DNA of 64,000 bases from Myxococcota bacterium (lineage in GTDB: Bacteria; Myxococcota_A; Bradymonadia; UBA4248; JAVFAO01): contig JAVFAO010000002.1 of the NCBI GenBank assembly GCA_034002465.1, forward strand, positions 30 to 64,029, in the 5' to 3' direction. The position numbers were made by a program, and so were the translations under genes. The stretch's first letter is position 1. Every line of letters starts with the position of its first letter. The notes under the pieces are model-generated. The model ran no database searches. It saw nothing but the letters and a program-made list of their open reading frames with translations, and had not been told where the DNA came from. Positions 35,493 through 45,222 of this stretch are shown here, one piece after another.

Positions 35493-37652
35493 ATGCGCTT
35501 GCGCCTCGTGCTCTTGCTGTCGACCCTAAGCATCATGTTGGCCTGTCAAAAGGAGAAGCCTGCGGAAAGCGAGAAGCCTGCCGAGCCACCTGCAGCCGAG
35601 ACCATCCAGCCAGACGAGAGTCCTGCACCTGTCGTCGCGGTCGCCGAGCCTGATGTGGTCGTCGAGGAGGAACTCCCCGCACCGGTCGAGGAGCCTGGCC
35701 CCAAAGTGCTCAAGCTCCCCGTCAAGCCGCTCGAAGCCCGTCAAGAAGCGAAGGTGCAGGCCGTCTGGTTCCAGGGTGAGCCGGGGACCGAGAAGGCCAA
35801 AGGTGGCACCAGTGACATGACCGTGCGGGTCGAAGCCAACGCCGCTGCTGAACCAGCAGTCGGTGTCATGGAAGAGTTCGCCGAAGGCACAGGCAAGCAA
35901 TGGCGCTCTTCTGCCTGGCTCGCCGCCTTCAACGCTTCACAGGCGCTTGGCCTGTCCATCACCGACCACGAGTTCATGGTCAAGGTCGGTGGACACATCG
36001 ACGGGCCCTCCGCTGGCATGTTGATGACCGCCACCATGATGGCGCTCATCACCGCCACACCACTGCTGCCCGACACCACCATGACAGGAACCATCAACCC
36101 CGACGGTACCGCGGGTCCCGTTGGCGGCATCCCTCAGAAAATGTCGGGTGCAAAGGACAAGGGCATCAAGCGCTTCGGCTACCCCCTCGGCAGCAGAAAC
36201 TCTACGGATCTCAAGACCATGCAGATCGTCGACGTCGACGAGGTGGGCCGCAAGCTCGGCCTCGAGGTCATGGAAATCCGAGACATCTGGGATGCCTACA
36301 CCTTCCTCACGGGTGTCGAGGTCGAACGTCCCGAGGCCCTCTCCGAGAGCGAGATGGAGCTCAACGGCGAGATGCGCACCCAACTCAACGCCAAGGTGCT
36401 CTCCTGGAAAGGACGCATCCGTGGCGACATGCCCAAACTCGAGCAGCTCATCACCCAACTCGAAGCCCAAGGCAGCAATGCGCAGCTCAACAAACTGCAG
36501 CTGGGTGACTTCGTCTCCCACGGCAACCACCTCGAGAGCGTCAAGCAACTCCAGAAAACTGCCGACGAGCTCGCCACCCAAGCCGAAAACTATGAGAAAA
36601 ATGGCTTGATTTCAGCCGCATATGTCACCTGGGTACAGCTCGCTTTCGTCGTGCGCCTGCTCCAATACGAAGCCGAGTTCAGCAAGGCCGCCATCGCCCT
36701 CGACCTCGCCCCCATCGACACCCTCATCACGGGCCTCTCCGCGGTCGATGCCCGCGTCGAGTCCCTCGCCATGGAAGCAAAGGTCCAAGCCCAGAAGAAG
36801 ACCATCGGCGGTCGCGTCAACGCCATCTACGCCCTCACCTCCTACGCCCAGGCCTACACCTACCTGCGCCTTGCCAGCGCCAGCTTGAGCGAAGCCAACA
36901 ACATGTTCGCCGACTTCCAAAGCGGCAAGCGCAACGCCAACGATGCGAAAGCCCTCGCCGAGTTCTTCACCACACTGCGACGCCCCATCCTCTTCTACGC
37001 AGGCGCCGACGCGATGGTCGACGTCGCCAAGGAGATGATGTCCCTCGGCGCCGAGGAAGGCACCGCCCTGCAAGGAGACCTCTCCGATGCCGCCGCCCTC
37101 GCCAAAGGTCTCTGCTCCGCCGCTGGCGCCAACATCGCCTACTTCGATTCGCTCGTCACCGACGAAATCGCCCGCCACTACCAGCTCACCGCAGAGGTGG
37201 CACAGAATGTCGTCGGAGAGCTCGAGTTCGACTACCCCATCATCCGCTTCTCCAGTGATTATGCATCCTACGCCGACCACCTCTTCGCAGAGGAAAAGGA
37301 CTCGGTTGCACCCTTCCAGCTCGCCTTCGGGGTGTATGCCTACATTGGTGCTTCCACCCTGGTGAACAAGTACTACTCCCTCGGCGCCAACATGAAAGAC
37401 GATGGCAGCATCGACATCGGCAACGTGCGCGCGCTCACCTACCAGCTCGACAGCGCCAAGACGCGTGCACTGCAGTCTGCCGCTCAAGCCAAACGCGAGC
37501 TCGGCTTCGTGCCCGCTGCCGCGCTGCGCAGCTACCAGCTCGCCGTCGCCCTGCGTGAGGGCTCCGACCAAGATAAGCTCTCGGCACTCGAGGCCTTCTG
37601 GTACGCCACCTTCTGGTCGCAGATCGCCATCGACTTCGGCCGCGAGCGCTAG
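35493..37652 (+). CDS. lipoprotein with S16 (Lon C-terminal-like) peptidase domain and long helical C-terminal region
   Basis: GAGGAGG precedes the ATG. LLLSTLSIMLAC lipobox. KVGGHIDGPSAGMLMTATMMALIT (Ser site) and GTINPDGTAGPVGGIPQKMSGAKDKG (Lys site) are typical of the Lon_C/S16 dyad. Confidence 0.75.
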   Translation: MRLRLVLLLSTLSIMLACQKEKPAESEKPAEPPAAETIQPDESPAPVVAVAEPDVVVEEELPAPVEEPGPKVLKLPVKPLEARQEAKVQAVWFQGEPGTEKAKGGTSDMTVRVEANAAAEPAVGVMEEFAEGTGKQWRSSAWLAAFNASQALGLSITDHEFMVKVGGHIDGPSAGMLMTATMMALITATPLLPDTTMTGTINPDGTAGPVGGIPQKMSGAKDKGIKRFGYPLGSRNSTDLKTMQIVDVDEVGRKLGLEVMEIRDIWDAYTFLTGVEVERPEALSESEMELNGEMRTQLNAKVLSWKGRIRGDMPKLEQLITQLEAQGSNAQLNKLQLGDFVSHGNHLESVKQLQKTADELATQAENYEKNGLISAAYVTWVQLAFVVRLLQYEAEFSKAAIALDLAPIDTLITGLSAVDARVESLAMEAKVQAQKKTIGGRVNAIYALTSYAQAYTYLRLASASLSEANNMFADFQSGKRNANDAKALAEFFTTLRRPILFYAGADAMVDVAKEMMSLGAEEGTALQGDLSDAAALAKGLCSAAGANIAYFDSLVTDEIARHYQLTAEVAQNVVGELEFDYPIIRFSSDYASYADHLFAEEKDSVAPFQLAFGVYAYIGASTLVNKYYSLGANMKDDGSIDIGNVRALTYQLDSAKTRALQSAAQAKRELGFVPAAALRSYQLAVALREGSDQDKLSALEAFWYATFWSQIAIDFGRER

Positions 37653-37813
37653 ACCTTCACGCCGTGAAATCGAGGGGATTGTCCCTTGCGATCCCCTGCA
37701 ACTCCTCATCTTGCGTGACGCTGGTCAGCGCGAGACAGTCGGAGATGCGACAGCGCGAGACCAAGTCTGGCCGTGGTTTGGCACAGAGCCCTCTGGGTGT
37801 CTGCAGAATCAGG

Positions 37814-37841
37814 GGAGGGCGACCACAAGGGTCGCCCCTAC
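37814..37841. repeat. REP-D hairpin copy 3 (GGAGGGCGACC-acaag-GGTCGCCCCTAC)
   Basis: 8-bp GC stem. Preceded by tgcagaatc, as in copy 2. Lies between convergent genes. Confidence 0.6.
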
Positions 37842-37923
37842 TGCCGCACAATTCGTCGGCATTGCGTAGCCTCGAGCTCAGCACGAACAGCCTCACCGAG
37901 CGCTGTGTAGGCTCAGGCTCAGT

Positions 37924-38637
37924 TCAGTTCACCTTGACGCTGTCAAAAACACTCTGGCACAGGGCTTTGCGCTCGGAGAGGCGCGACTGATCGATGGTGC
38001 AGGTGGCGAGCACGGTGTAGCTGGAGCCAGGGATGAGGGTCTGCCAGACAAAGCCCTTGGCTCCTGTGGCGGTATCGGCGATGCGCCATTGCAGATCGAA
38101 GCTCGGCGCGCCGTTGTGGCTCGACACCTCACTGGAGACCAAGGTTGCGACGTTGAACAGGGTCTTGAGCACGGGCTCTAGCGAGAGCGCCAGCGACGGC
38201 CCAAGGCTCTCGTCGATGACCGGCATGGCGGGCACGACCACGAAGACCACGCTGTCTTGAAACGAGGCTCTGGGTGTCGCTGGCTCGCCAGCTTCGACCT
38301 CTGCAGGGGCATCGGTAGCGTCTTCCGCGGCAGGCTCGGCAGGCGGCGCTTCGGCAGGAGGCTCCTCTGCTGTCTCAGCAGGCGGTGTGGGATCAAAGAA
38401 GATCGCATCGAAGGGGAAAACCCCATCGTCTCCCTTGTTGGTGGATTGCTTCAGAATCTCTGGCAATTTCTCGAGCTGGACAGCGTAGTTGGCCGCGTCG
38501 ACCATGCCCCAGTTCTCGGGCAAGGTGACGGTGTAGCCGAAGCTGGAGGTGTACTCAGACTCATCGAGGGTGCCCGCCCACACAGGGGAGACGGCACCGA
38601 GTGTGAGTAGCACCAGCACGGCTTTGGTCCAACGCAT
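37924..38637 (-). CDS. secreted hypothetical protein
   Basis: ATG 38637 gives the signal peptide MRWTKAVLVLLTLGAVSPVWAG. Internal Pro/Ala/Glu-rich linker. No family recognised. Confidence 0.6.
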   Translation of the reverse strand: MRWTKAVLVLLTLGAVSPVWAGTLDESEYTSSFGYTVTLPENWGMVDAANYAVQLEKLPEILKQSTNKGDDGVFPFDAIFFDPTPPAETAEEPPAEAPPAEPAAEDATDAPAEVEAGEPATPRASFQDSVVFVVVPAMPVIDESLGPSLALSLEPVLKTLFNVATLVSSEVSSHNGAPSFDLQWRIADTATGAKGFVWQTLIPGSSYTVLATCTIDQSRLSERKALCQSVFDSVKVN

Positions 38638-38813
38638 CGAAGCCCCCCAAGCAAAGTCACCAACCAAGGATGCACAGGGCCAGCAACCGGCACACCGTAG
38701 CGCAGCCGCGAGCGCTCATCAAGACTCGAAGGCAAGGCGCCCTCGAAGGGTGAATCGCCACCAGCTCCCACGGTGTGCGCCTGCGCAGGGATTTTGCGAA
38801 CAGAAGCGATGGC

Positions 38814-39593
38814 TCAAAGGCCTCGGACCAACCAGCGCTTGCTGAAGGTGTCATCGGCCACGTTCTCGTCGACCTTCTCATCGAGCACGAGGTTCTCGGT
38901 CATATGGTCGGTGCTCAGGTCCGTCATCGTGATGCGAGTGTAGATCTCGGCCGTCCCGCCCACCTTTTTGCAATCGAAGCGCTCTTGACGTTTGACCATC
39001 TTGCCGTCGTCGTCAAAGTACTCGAGCTTGTCGATGAGGATCTTTGACTTGTCGAGATAAATCGTCAGCTTGGGGTAGATGAGGTCAACCCCTTCGTTGC
39101 GAACGAGGCTCATGACCACATGGGAGTCCGTCTGGCTCTCGATGGTGGCGGTGTAGTCTTTGGCGAGTCGAATCATGGACATCTCGTCCATGTTCCAGTC
39201 GGAGCCATTGAAGCTCTGACGACGTGCATGTGAGCCCACACGGCGCACCTTGTCGGTGTCGGGCAAGCGCACGTAAATCTCGTCGCGTCCTTTGATGACG
39301 ATGCCCATGCCTTTCATGTCTGCCGGGGCCTCGAAGCGCAGGGCGCGCATGTTATCGCCCTTGGTGATGGTGACGAATTGGTATTCGTTGCCGTCGTTGG
39401 CGCCACCATGCAGCACCATCTTGACCTGGATGGTCTGGTCTTTGAAATCGTTGTGTCGCTTGTCAGCTTCTTCGAGCAGGGACTGGGCCCCTTTCTGCAC
39501 CAGACCGTCAAAGGCAGGATCTGGATCGGCAGCGCTCGCAGCGAGCGGGAACAACAGAGCCAACAACAACAAAGCAAACGAACAGGATCTCAT
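38814..39593 (-). CDS. outer-membrane lipoprotein-sorting (LolA-like) protein
   Basis: Signal MRSCSFALLLLALLFPLAASA. APADMKGMGIVIKGRDEIYVRLPDTDKVRRVGSHARRQSFNGSDWNMDE matches the LolA_like pattern I remember. The start overlaps the MMPL stop (ATGA). Confidence 0.7.
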   Translation of the reverse strand: MRSCSFALLLLALLFPLAASAADPDPAFDGLVQKGAQSLLEEADKRHNDFKDQTIQVKMVLHGGANDGNEYQFVTITKGDNMRALRFEAPADMKGMGIVIKGRDEIYVRLPDTDKVRRVGSHARRQSFNGSDWNMDEMSMIRLAKDYTATIESQTDSHVVMSLVRNEGVDLIYPKLTIYLDKSKILIDKLEYFDDDGKMVKRQERFDCKKVGGTAEIYTRITMTDLSTDHMTENLVLDEKVDENVADDTFSKRWLVRGL

Positions 39594-42490
39594 GGTGCTG
39601 TCCTTTTGGTCGCGAGCCGAGACGCCAGCGCGCGCGTCAGGCCCGGAAGCAGAGTGAGGGTACAGATGGCGCTGATGAGCATGGCGGCGCCGGTCAAGAG
39701 GCCGAAGTTCTTCATGGGCAAGACCGTGCCGAAAACAAGTACGCTAAGCCCCAGCCCCACTTCCAGGGCGTTGATGACGATACCCCAGCCGGTGGCACCC
39801 AGGGTCTTTTGCAGTGCATCTTGCGCTTCATCCTTCGCGGGTAATCCAAAGTTCCAGAGGAAGTGTACCGCATAGTCGATGCCGACCCCCAATGCGATGC
39901 CGGCGATCATGGACGTACCCACATCCATGGGTATTCGCCCCAATCCCATGATGGCGAAGGTCAACAACAAGGTGAGGCCCGCAGGGAGCAGCGCCACCAG
40001 CGCCACCAGCGGACTGCGGAAAAAGAACGCGAGGATGATGAAGACGGCCAATGCGCTGGCGGCGAGGCTATTCCACTGGTTGCGCGCGACGCTGAGGTTC
40101 ATGGCTTCGTAGATCATGGGGTAGCCGCTGACCTGCATGCTCATCTGCTGGCGCTCCAGGATGGCCGCCCCAGCGACAGCGCCTTCGGGCAGGAAGACCA
40201 CAGGATCCGAGAGGTTCCAGAGCACGCGTTGGACGCCGTCACGCAGCTTCTTCGGCGCGTCCTCACCAATGAGCTCGAGCACCTTCGCCGAGCGCTTCTC
40301 GCGGCTCGCCTCCTGGACCACATCCATCACTGAGGTGAACACCGCAGCCACGCCTGCCTTCATCCCCTCGGGGTTCTCGAGCTCCGAAGGCTCCGCATAG
40401 CGCGAGATGATGGCCAAGAGCTCATCCCGACTCAAGCCGTCGCCCTCGAGCGCGGCGAGGACCTCGGCCCCCAGCGCTGGCAGGGCGGTCGCGTCCTTGA
40501 GGTAGACCAGCTCGTCTTCAATGAGGCTGAGCTCGAGCGCCTTGAGGACGCCCTCGCGAGGCAGCGCGACTTGGATGTCCTCGAAGACGTGTTGCAGCTG
40601 CTCGTCGCTGACCTTCACCTCATAGGCAGCCAGCAGCCAACGCAGGTGCTCGCTGAGCTCCTCCTGCTCGATGCGTCGCCCTTCGTCATCAAGGGAAGTG
40701 CGCAGAACTGCCACTCTCGGTTGCCAGAGATGCGCAGCCCGCTGGCCAATGCGATGCCCCACCTCGGCGGCGCGTCCCATGTCGGAACCCTTCACCTTGA
40801 TCTGGACCAGGGTGTGCTGCCAGTCACGGTCAACGAGGAGTCGAACGGTGTCGTCGGAATACGCAAACGCGGCCAATCCTCCCATGGTCTCACGCGCCGA
40901 CGGGACTCGCTTTTCACCGAGCATCGTCTCTCCAACGATGGCGATGATACTGGCCAGGGTCTGGGCGTTGACCACGTCGGGCTCCGACTCCGCGATAGCC
41001 CCGAGGCGATCGAGCTGGCGCATCACCATGGGGCTACGGATATCGCCCGAGACCTCGATCTGCACGAAGAGGGAACCGCCAAAACGCTCCTCCATGAAGA
41101 GGTCCGCCAAGACCGGCTCACTGTCCGGTGAGAAGAGCGTGCGGTTCTCGGTGTGGGTACGCACGGTGCTCGCAAAATAGAGCGCACCGCCTGCCAGCAG
41201 AACGATGAGCACAGCAGCACGCCAACCAGCGCGACTCACCCCAGCCGCAGCCGAGAGCATCGCCGCCAGGGCCCACTTCGGCGCCCGTCCCTCTGCGCGG
41301 GCGCGCACGGGCAGGACCATACAGATTGCGGGCACCACCAAGAGCGTAAGCAACAACACCACCGCGGTGGCCGTCGCCATCAGGACCCCAAACTCCGACA
41401 TTGGCAGCACGTCCATCACCAGGAACGACAGAAAACCGGCGATGGTGGTCAAACCAGCCAGGAGAATGGGGGGCCCCGTATGTTCCAATGCGCGATACAC
41501 AGCCTCTTCACGGCTCGCACCAGAATCCAACGCATGCAGCACCGAAGCCACGAGGTGCACGCTGTAGGCGCTACCCAAGGCGACCAAGAGCGCTGGCAAG
41601 GACGAGGAAACCAGGGTCAAGCTGCGCCCCGATAGGCCAATCCCAGCAAGCACCCACACGATGCCGATGCCCACCGAGGCGAGCACCACCAGCACGGCCA
41701 AGAAGCTGCGCGCGGTCAGGACCATGATCAACAAGACCACGAGCGCCACGAACGGCGACAGCCGCAGCAGGTCTTCCCTCGTCTGCTCGGCAGCAAAGGA
41801 GCCAATGAAAGGCGCACCAGCATAGTGGAGCGTCACCTGCGCTTCGTGCGCCTGCTCCAACGCCGAGGCCTTCGCCCGGATCGCGTCGGCGGTCTTCTTC
41901 ACGTCGGCGTCGGGGTGAAGCTGACAGAGCACCAACGCCGCGTGGCCTTCCCTCGACACCAAGTTGTCGACGATGTGCTCTCGCGACAGCACACGCGCAC
42001 GAATGGCTGCCATCGCCGCGTCAATCTCCGCGGTGGAGCGCTCGCCAGGTTTCGGCAGATCGCCCACCAACTCCCTGACATCACTCATCTCTTCGCCGCG
42101 CTCGGTGACCGACTCGGTGACGTCCACCAGCTCCGTGAAGCCCGTCACCGCAGCCACACCATCGACCGCGCGCAGCTGCTGTGCCAGACTACGCAGCAGG
42201 CCGAGGCGCGAGACCGTGAAGACGTCTCCCTCCAAGGCCTCGACCCCTACGATGGCAATCGACAAGCCATGGAAACGCTCCCCCAACTCCCGAAACAGAA
42301 GAACCGACTCATCGTCGTCGGGCAGAAAGCGAAGGACATCATCGTCTTGTTCAACCTTGGCGAAGGGCGCGAGCAGCGCCGTGCTCAGCACGACCACCGC
42401 CAACACCAAATAGCGATGACGTACCGCCACTCCACCCACAGCTCTCGACAGCGAACGCAACAGCGGATTGCGCGACTCGAATGGGCTCAT
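39590..42490 (-). CDS. MMPL/RND-superfamily exporter (two 6-TM bundles with periplasmic loops)
   Basis: 966 aa. GGGAG upstream. Two hydrophobic blocks (about aa 240-420 and 790-950), each preceded by a large soluble loop, which is typical MMPL/SSD architecture. Confidence 0.75.
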   Translation of the reverse strand: MSPFESRNPLLRSLSRAVGGVAVRHRYLVLAVVVLSTALLAPFAKVEQDDDVLRFLPDDDESVLLFRELGERFHGLSIAIVGVEALEGDVFTVSRLGLLRSLAQQLRAVDGVAAVTGFTELVDVTESVTERGEEMSDVRELVGDLPKPGERSTAEIDAAMAAIRARVLSREHIVDNLVSREGHAALVLCQLHPDADVKKTADAIRAKASALEQAHEAQVTLHYAGAPFIGSFAAEQTREDLLRLSPFVALVVLLIMVLTARSFLAVLVVLASVGIGIVWVLAGIGLSGRSLTLVSSSLPALLVALGSAYSVHLVASVLHALDSGASREEAVYRALEHTGPPILLAGLTTIAGFLSFLVMDVLPMSEFGVLMATATAVVLLLTLLVVPAICMVLPVRARAEGRAPKWALAAMLSAAAGVSRAGWRAAVLIVLLAGGALYFASTVRTHTENRTLFSPDSEPVLADLFMEERFGGSLFVQIEVSGDIRSPMVMRQLDRLGAIAESEPDVVNAQTLASIIAIVGETMLGEKRVPSARETMGGLAAFAYSDDTVRLLVDRDWQHTLVQIKVKGSDMGRAAEVGHRIGQRAAHLWQPRVAVLRTSLDDEGRRIEQEELSEHLRWLLAAYEVKVSDEQLQHVFEDIQVALPREGVLKALELSLIEDELVYLKDATALPALGAEVLAALEGDGLSRDELLAIISRYAEPSELENPEGMKAGVAAVFTSVMDVVQEASREKRSAKVLELIGEDAPKKLRDGVQRVLWNLSDPVVFLPEGAVAGAAILERQQMSMQVSGYPMIYEAMNLSVARNQWNSLAASALAVFIILAFFFRSPLVALVALLPAGLTLLLTFAIMGLGRIPMDVGTSMIAGIALGVGIDYAVHFLWNFGLPAKDEAQDALQKTLGATGWGIVINALEVGLGLSVLVFGTVLPMKNFGLLTGAAMLISAICTLTLLPGLTRALASRLATKRTAP

Positions 42491-42752
42491 CGAAGAGCAC
42501 TCCCATGACGAGCAGCAGGGTCATTCGCCCTAACCACCCAGAATCAAAGAAAAAAGCAGCGCAACACAGCGCCGTGCACAGCGCCGCCCTCGCGCCAAGT
42601 GAGCGCTCGGACGAGGCATATTGCCCGAAACGCCATCCGTGCGGAAGGCTCCCCACGCCTCACCAGCGTGCTACACTTGTTCGGAATACGATTGAAGCAG
42701 CCAACCCAGAGCTCGGCGCGGCCCAACACAACCTGACGCGCTCCTGGCAACG

Positions 42753-43547
42753 ATGATCTCAACCATGCTCTCAACCTCGATCGATAGCCCTCTTCGGATT
42801 TCGAGACGCACCCACCTGTGCATCATCGGGCTGGGGCTCGCCTTCAGCGCCTGCGCTTGCCGCGACACAGCGACACGACCCAGCGAGCCCCCTTCGACGA
42901 CGACTTCGAACACCGTATCGGAACCGGCAGCGCCACGCTGTGACTACCCCATCGACAAAGTGCGCACACGATGGACCAAGGACATCGAAGGCTGCGGCGA
43001 GTTGCTGGCCATCATCGAGACCTCGGCAGGAGCGCTGCGTTGCACCCTGTATGAGCTCGAGGTACCGCGAACCGTCGACCACTTCGTGGCCCTCGCCCTC
43101 GGACTCAAGTCCTGGAAGGACCCGCTCACAGGCGAGCAGGTCCAGCGTCCGCTGTACCAGGACCTCGTCTTCCATCGGTTGATACCCGGCCTCATTATCC
43201 AAACCGGTGATCCCACGAATACAGGAGAGGGGCACCCTGGCTACTTCATCGATGACGAAATCGTCGATGGCCTCTCCCACGATGCGGTCGGCGTGCTCTC
43301 GATGGCGCAGACCCAGCCCAACGGCAACGGCAGCCAGTTCTTCATCACTGACGGCAAAGCCAAGCAGCTCGACGGCCGCTACACCATCTTCGGGCGATGT
43401 GAGCCTGAGGACCTCATCCACGCCATCGCGAACGCAGAAAGCGACGGCAACGGCCGTCCTCTCTCTCCAACCCGCTTGATTCGCATTCGCATCGAGCGCG
43501 CTCCTTCGGAGGAAGGCGCTGAAGCGCTCCCTGATGAAGAGCAGTAG
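42753..43547 (+). CDS. cyclophilin-type peptidyl-prolyl isomerase, lipoprotein
   Basis: Lipobox GLAFSAC. VFHRLIPGLIIQTGDP, GVLSMAQTQPNGNGSQFFIT, GRYTIFGR. Start could be 42753 or 42765. Confidence 0.85.
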   Translation: MISTMLSTSIDSPLRISRRTHLCIIGLGLAFSACACRDTATRPSEPPSTTTSNTVSEPAAPRCDYPIDKVRTRWTKDIEGCGELLAIIETSAGALRCTLYELEVPRTVDHFVALALGLKSWKDPLTGEQVQRPLYQDLVFHRLIPGLIIQTGDPTNTGEGHPGYFIDDEIVDGLSHDAVGVLSMAQTQPNGNGSQFFITDGKAKQLDGRYTIFGRCEPEDLIHAIANAESDGNGRPLSPTRLIRIRIERAPSEEGAEALPDEEQ

Positions 43548-43550
43548 GGC

Positions 43551-44321
43551 TCACTGCGGCTGGTTCAGCGGACGAATCAACATGTCGTGCACCTGCATGT
43601 ACGGTGGCGCGGCGAGGGAAAAACAAACCGCGTCGGCCAGGTCTTCGGGCTTGAGCACCTCGTACTTCTGGTAAAAGTCGAAGTTGTGGCTCTTGCGCTT
43701 GTGGTAGTGCTCGGCAAACTCGGTCTCGATGAAGCCCGGCGATATCGAGCTCACACGGATGGGACTCGCGATGGCGCGCAGCTCTTGGCGCAAGGCCTCA
43801 GTCAGCGCACGAACCGCAAACTTCGATGCGGAATACACACCGCCGTCAGTGGGCACCCTGTGCGCCGCCATCGCGGAGATGTGGATGACATGACCTGCCA
43901 CGTTGCGTCGCAACATGTCCTGCACCGCCTCCCGTGTGCAGACGCTGAGGGAAATCACGTTGAGCTCGAGCATCTCACGCCAGTGTTCGGTGCGTCCCGA
44001 GAGCAACGGCGCCAGATGCCCATGACCTGCGGCGTTGACCAGCACGTCGACACCGCCCCAACGCTCGCGCACACTGCGGAAAGCCGCCAAGATCTGATCT
44101 TCGTCGAGCAGATCGACCTGCAGGACCATCATCTCTCCCGGCAGCTCGTCCATGGTGACATCGCGAAGCAGGCCGTCCAGACGCTTGCTGCGACGCGCCA
44201 CCGCGACCACACGCATACCTTCCGCTGCCAGTCGATAGGCCACAGCCCGCCCAACCCCACTGGACGCTCCGGTGACGAAAGCGACCTTTTGCGCCCACCT
44301 CTGCATGCCGTGCTCTTCCAT
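43551..44321 (-). CDS. SDR-family oxidoreductase
   Basis: ATG 44321 lies 4 nt after GGAGG. VAFVTGASSGVGRA (TGxxxGxG), NAAG, YSASK catalytic motif. Confidence 0.85.
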   Translation of the reverse strand: MEEHGMQRWAQKVAFVTGASSGVGRAVAYRLAAEGMRVVAVARRSKRLDGLLRDVTMDELPGEMMVLQVDLLDEDQILAAFRSVRERWGGVDVLVNAAGHGHLAPLLSGRTEHWREMLELNVISLSVCTREAVQDMLRRNVAGHVIHISAMAAHRVPTDGGVYSASKFAVRALTEALRQELRAIASPIRVSSISPGFIETEFAEHYHKRKSHNFDFYQKYEVLKPEDLADAVCFSLAAPPYMQVHDMLIRPLNQPQ

Positions 44322-44394
44322 CACTCCTCCGCTGCTGTATGCTCCCGCTCACCGGGGCGATGCAGCTTAGCATGGCCCTCCAGCTGCGACCACC

Positions 44395-45045
44395 ATGAGC
44401 CTCGAACGACAACTCCGCCTCGGCAGGCAAATCCGAAGCATCGGCTTTGACGACGCCCCTTTCGACAAGGCGCGCGACGCGCAGGTCCCCATCGCCGGCG
44501 TGGTCTGCGCCAACACCCGCTTCGAAGGTCTGCTCTGGGGGCGAGTCGAGCGCGATGGCTTGGACGCCACCGAGCAGCTCCTTGCCCTACTGAAGGCCAG
44601 TAAGTTCTTGGCCCAGCTCCACCTCATCCTGCTCGATGGCATCGCCTTCGGCGGCTTCAACGTCGTCGACCTCGCCGCATTGTCTCAGGAGACCGGCCTG
44701 CCAGCCGTCGCCGTCATGCGCAAACAACCGCGACTCGAACGGGTCATCGCCGCCATCCATCGCCTCCCTGACGCGGAACTTCGAACACAGCGATTGCGTC
44801 TTGCTGGCAGCATCCACCAAGGACAGACTGATTCACCTTCCCCATTGAACAGCAACACAGAACACGAATCCAGTCGCCAGCTCGGTAGCCGAAAACTCTT
44901 CTTCCAGGTCCAAGGCACGAACCCCGAATTGGCAGCACGCGCACTTGCGCAACTCTGTGACCGAGGACAGGTTCCGGAGTGCCTGCGACTCGCCCACCTG
45001 ATCGGCTCTGCAGTGATCACCGGGCAGAGTTCGAAGCGGGCCTAA
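44395..45045 (+). CDS. DUF99-family (endonuclease V-like fold, UPF0215) protein
   Basis: IRSIGFDDAPFDK, VPIAGVVC, RVERDGLDATEQLL and LILLDGIAFGGFNVVDL fit the DUF99 pattern I remember, a family mainly known from archaea. Confidence 0.65.
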   Translation: MSLERQLRLGRQIRSIGFDDAPFDKARDAQVPIAGVVCANTRFEGLLWGRVERDGLDATEQLLALLKASKFLAQLHLILLDGIAFGGFNVVDLAALSQETGLPAVAVMRKQPRLERVIAAIHRLPDAELRTQRLRLAGSIHQGQTDSPSPLNSNTEHESSRQLGSRKLFFQVQGTNPELAARALAQLCDRGQVPECLRLAHLIGSAVITGQSSKRA

Positions 45046-45139
45046 GCGGTTGTTTTGTTTTGGCTTCTGGCGTGTCCCCAGGAGCAGCGCTGGGAGGGGC
45101 TCGCGAGAGCGAGAGAAATCTTGATTGTTGAAGATGATT

Positions 45140-45189
45140 GTGGGGCTCTGCCCCACACCCCGCCAAAGGACTGCGCCCTTTGGAATCCC
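45140..45189 (-). repeat. REP-A copy 4
   Basis: gtggggctctgccccacaccccgccaaaggactgcgccctttggaatccc. Confidence 0.85.
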
Positions 45190-45222
45190 TTTCATTTCAA
45201 GATGTTGCTGACACACTCTCCA

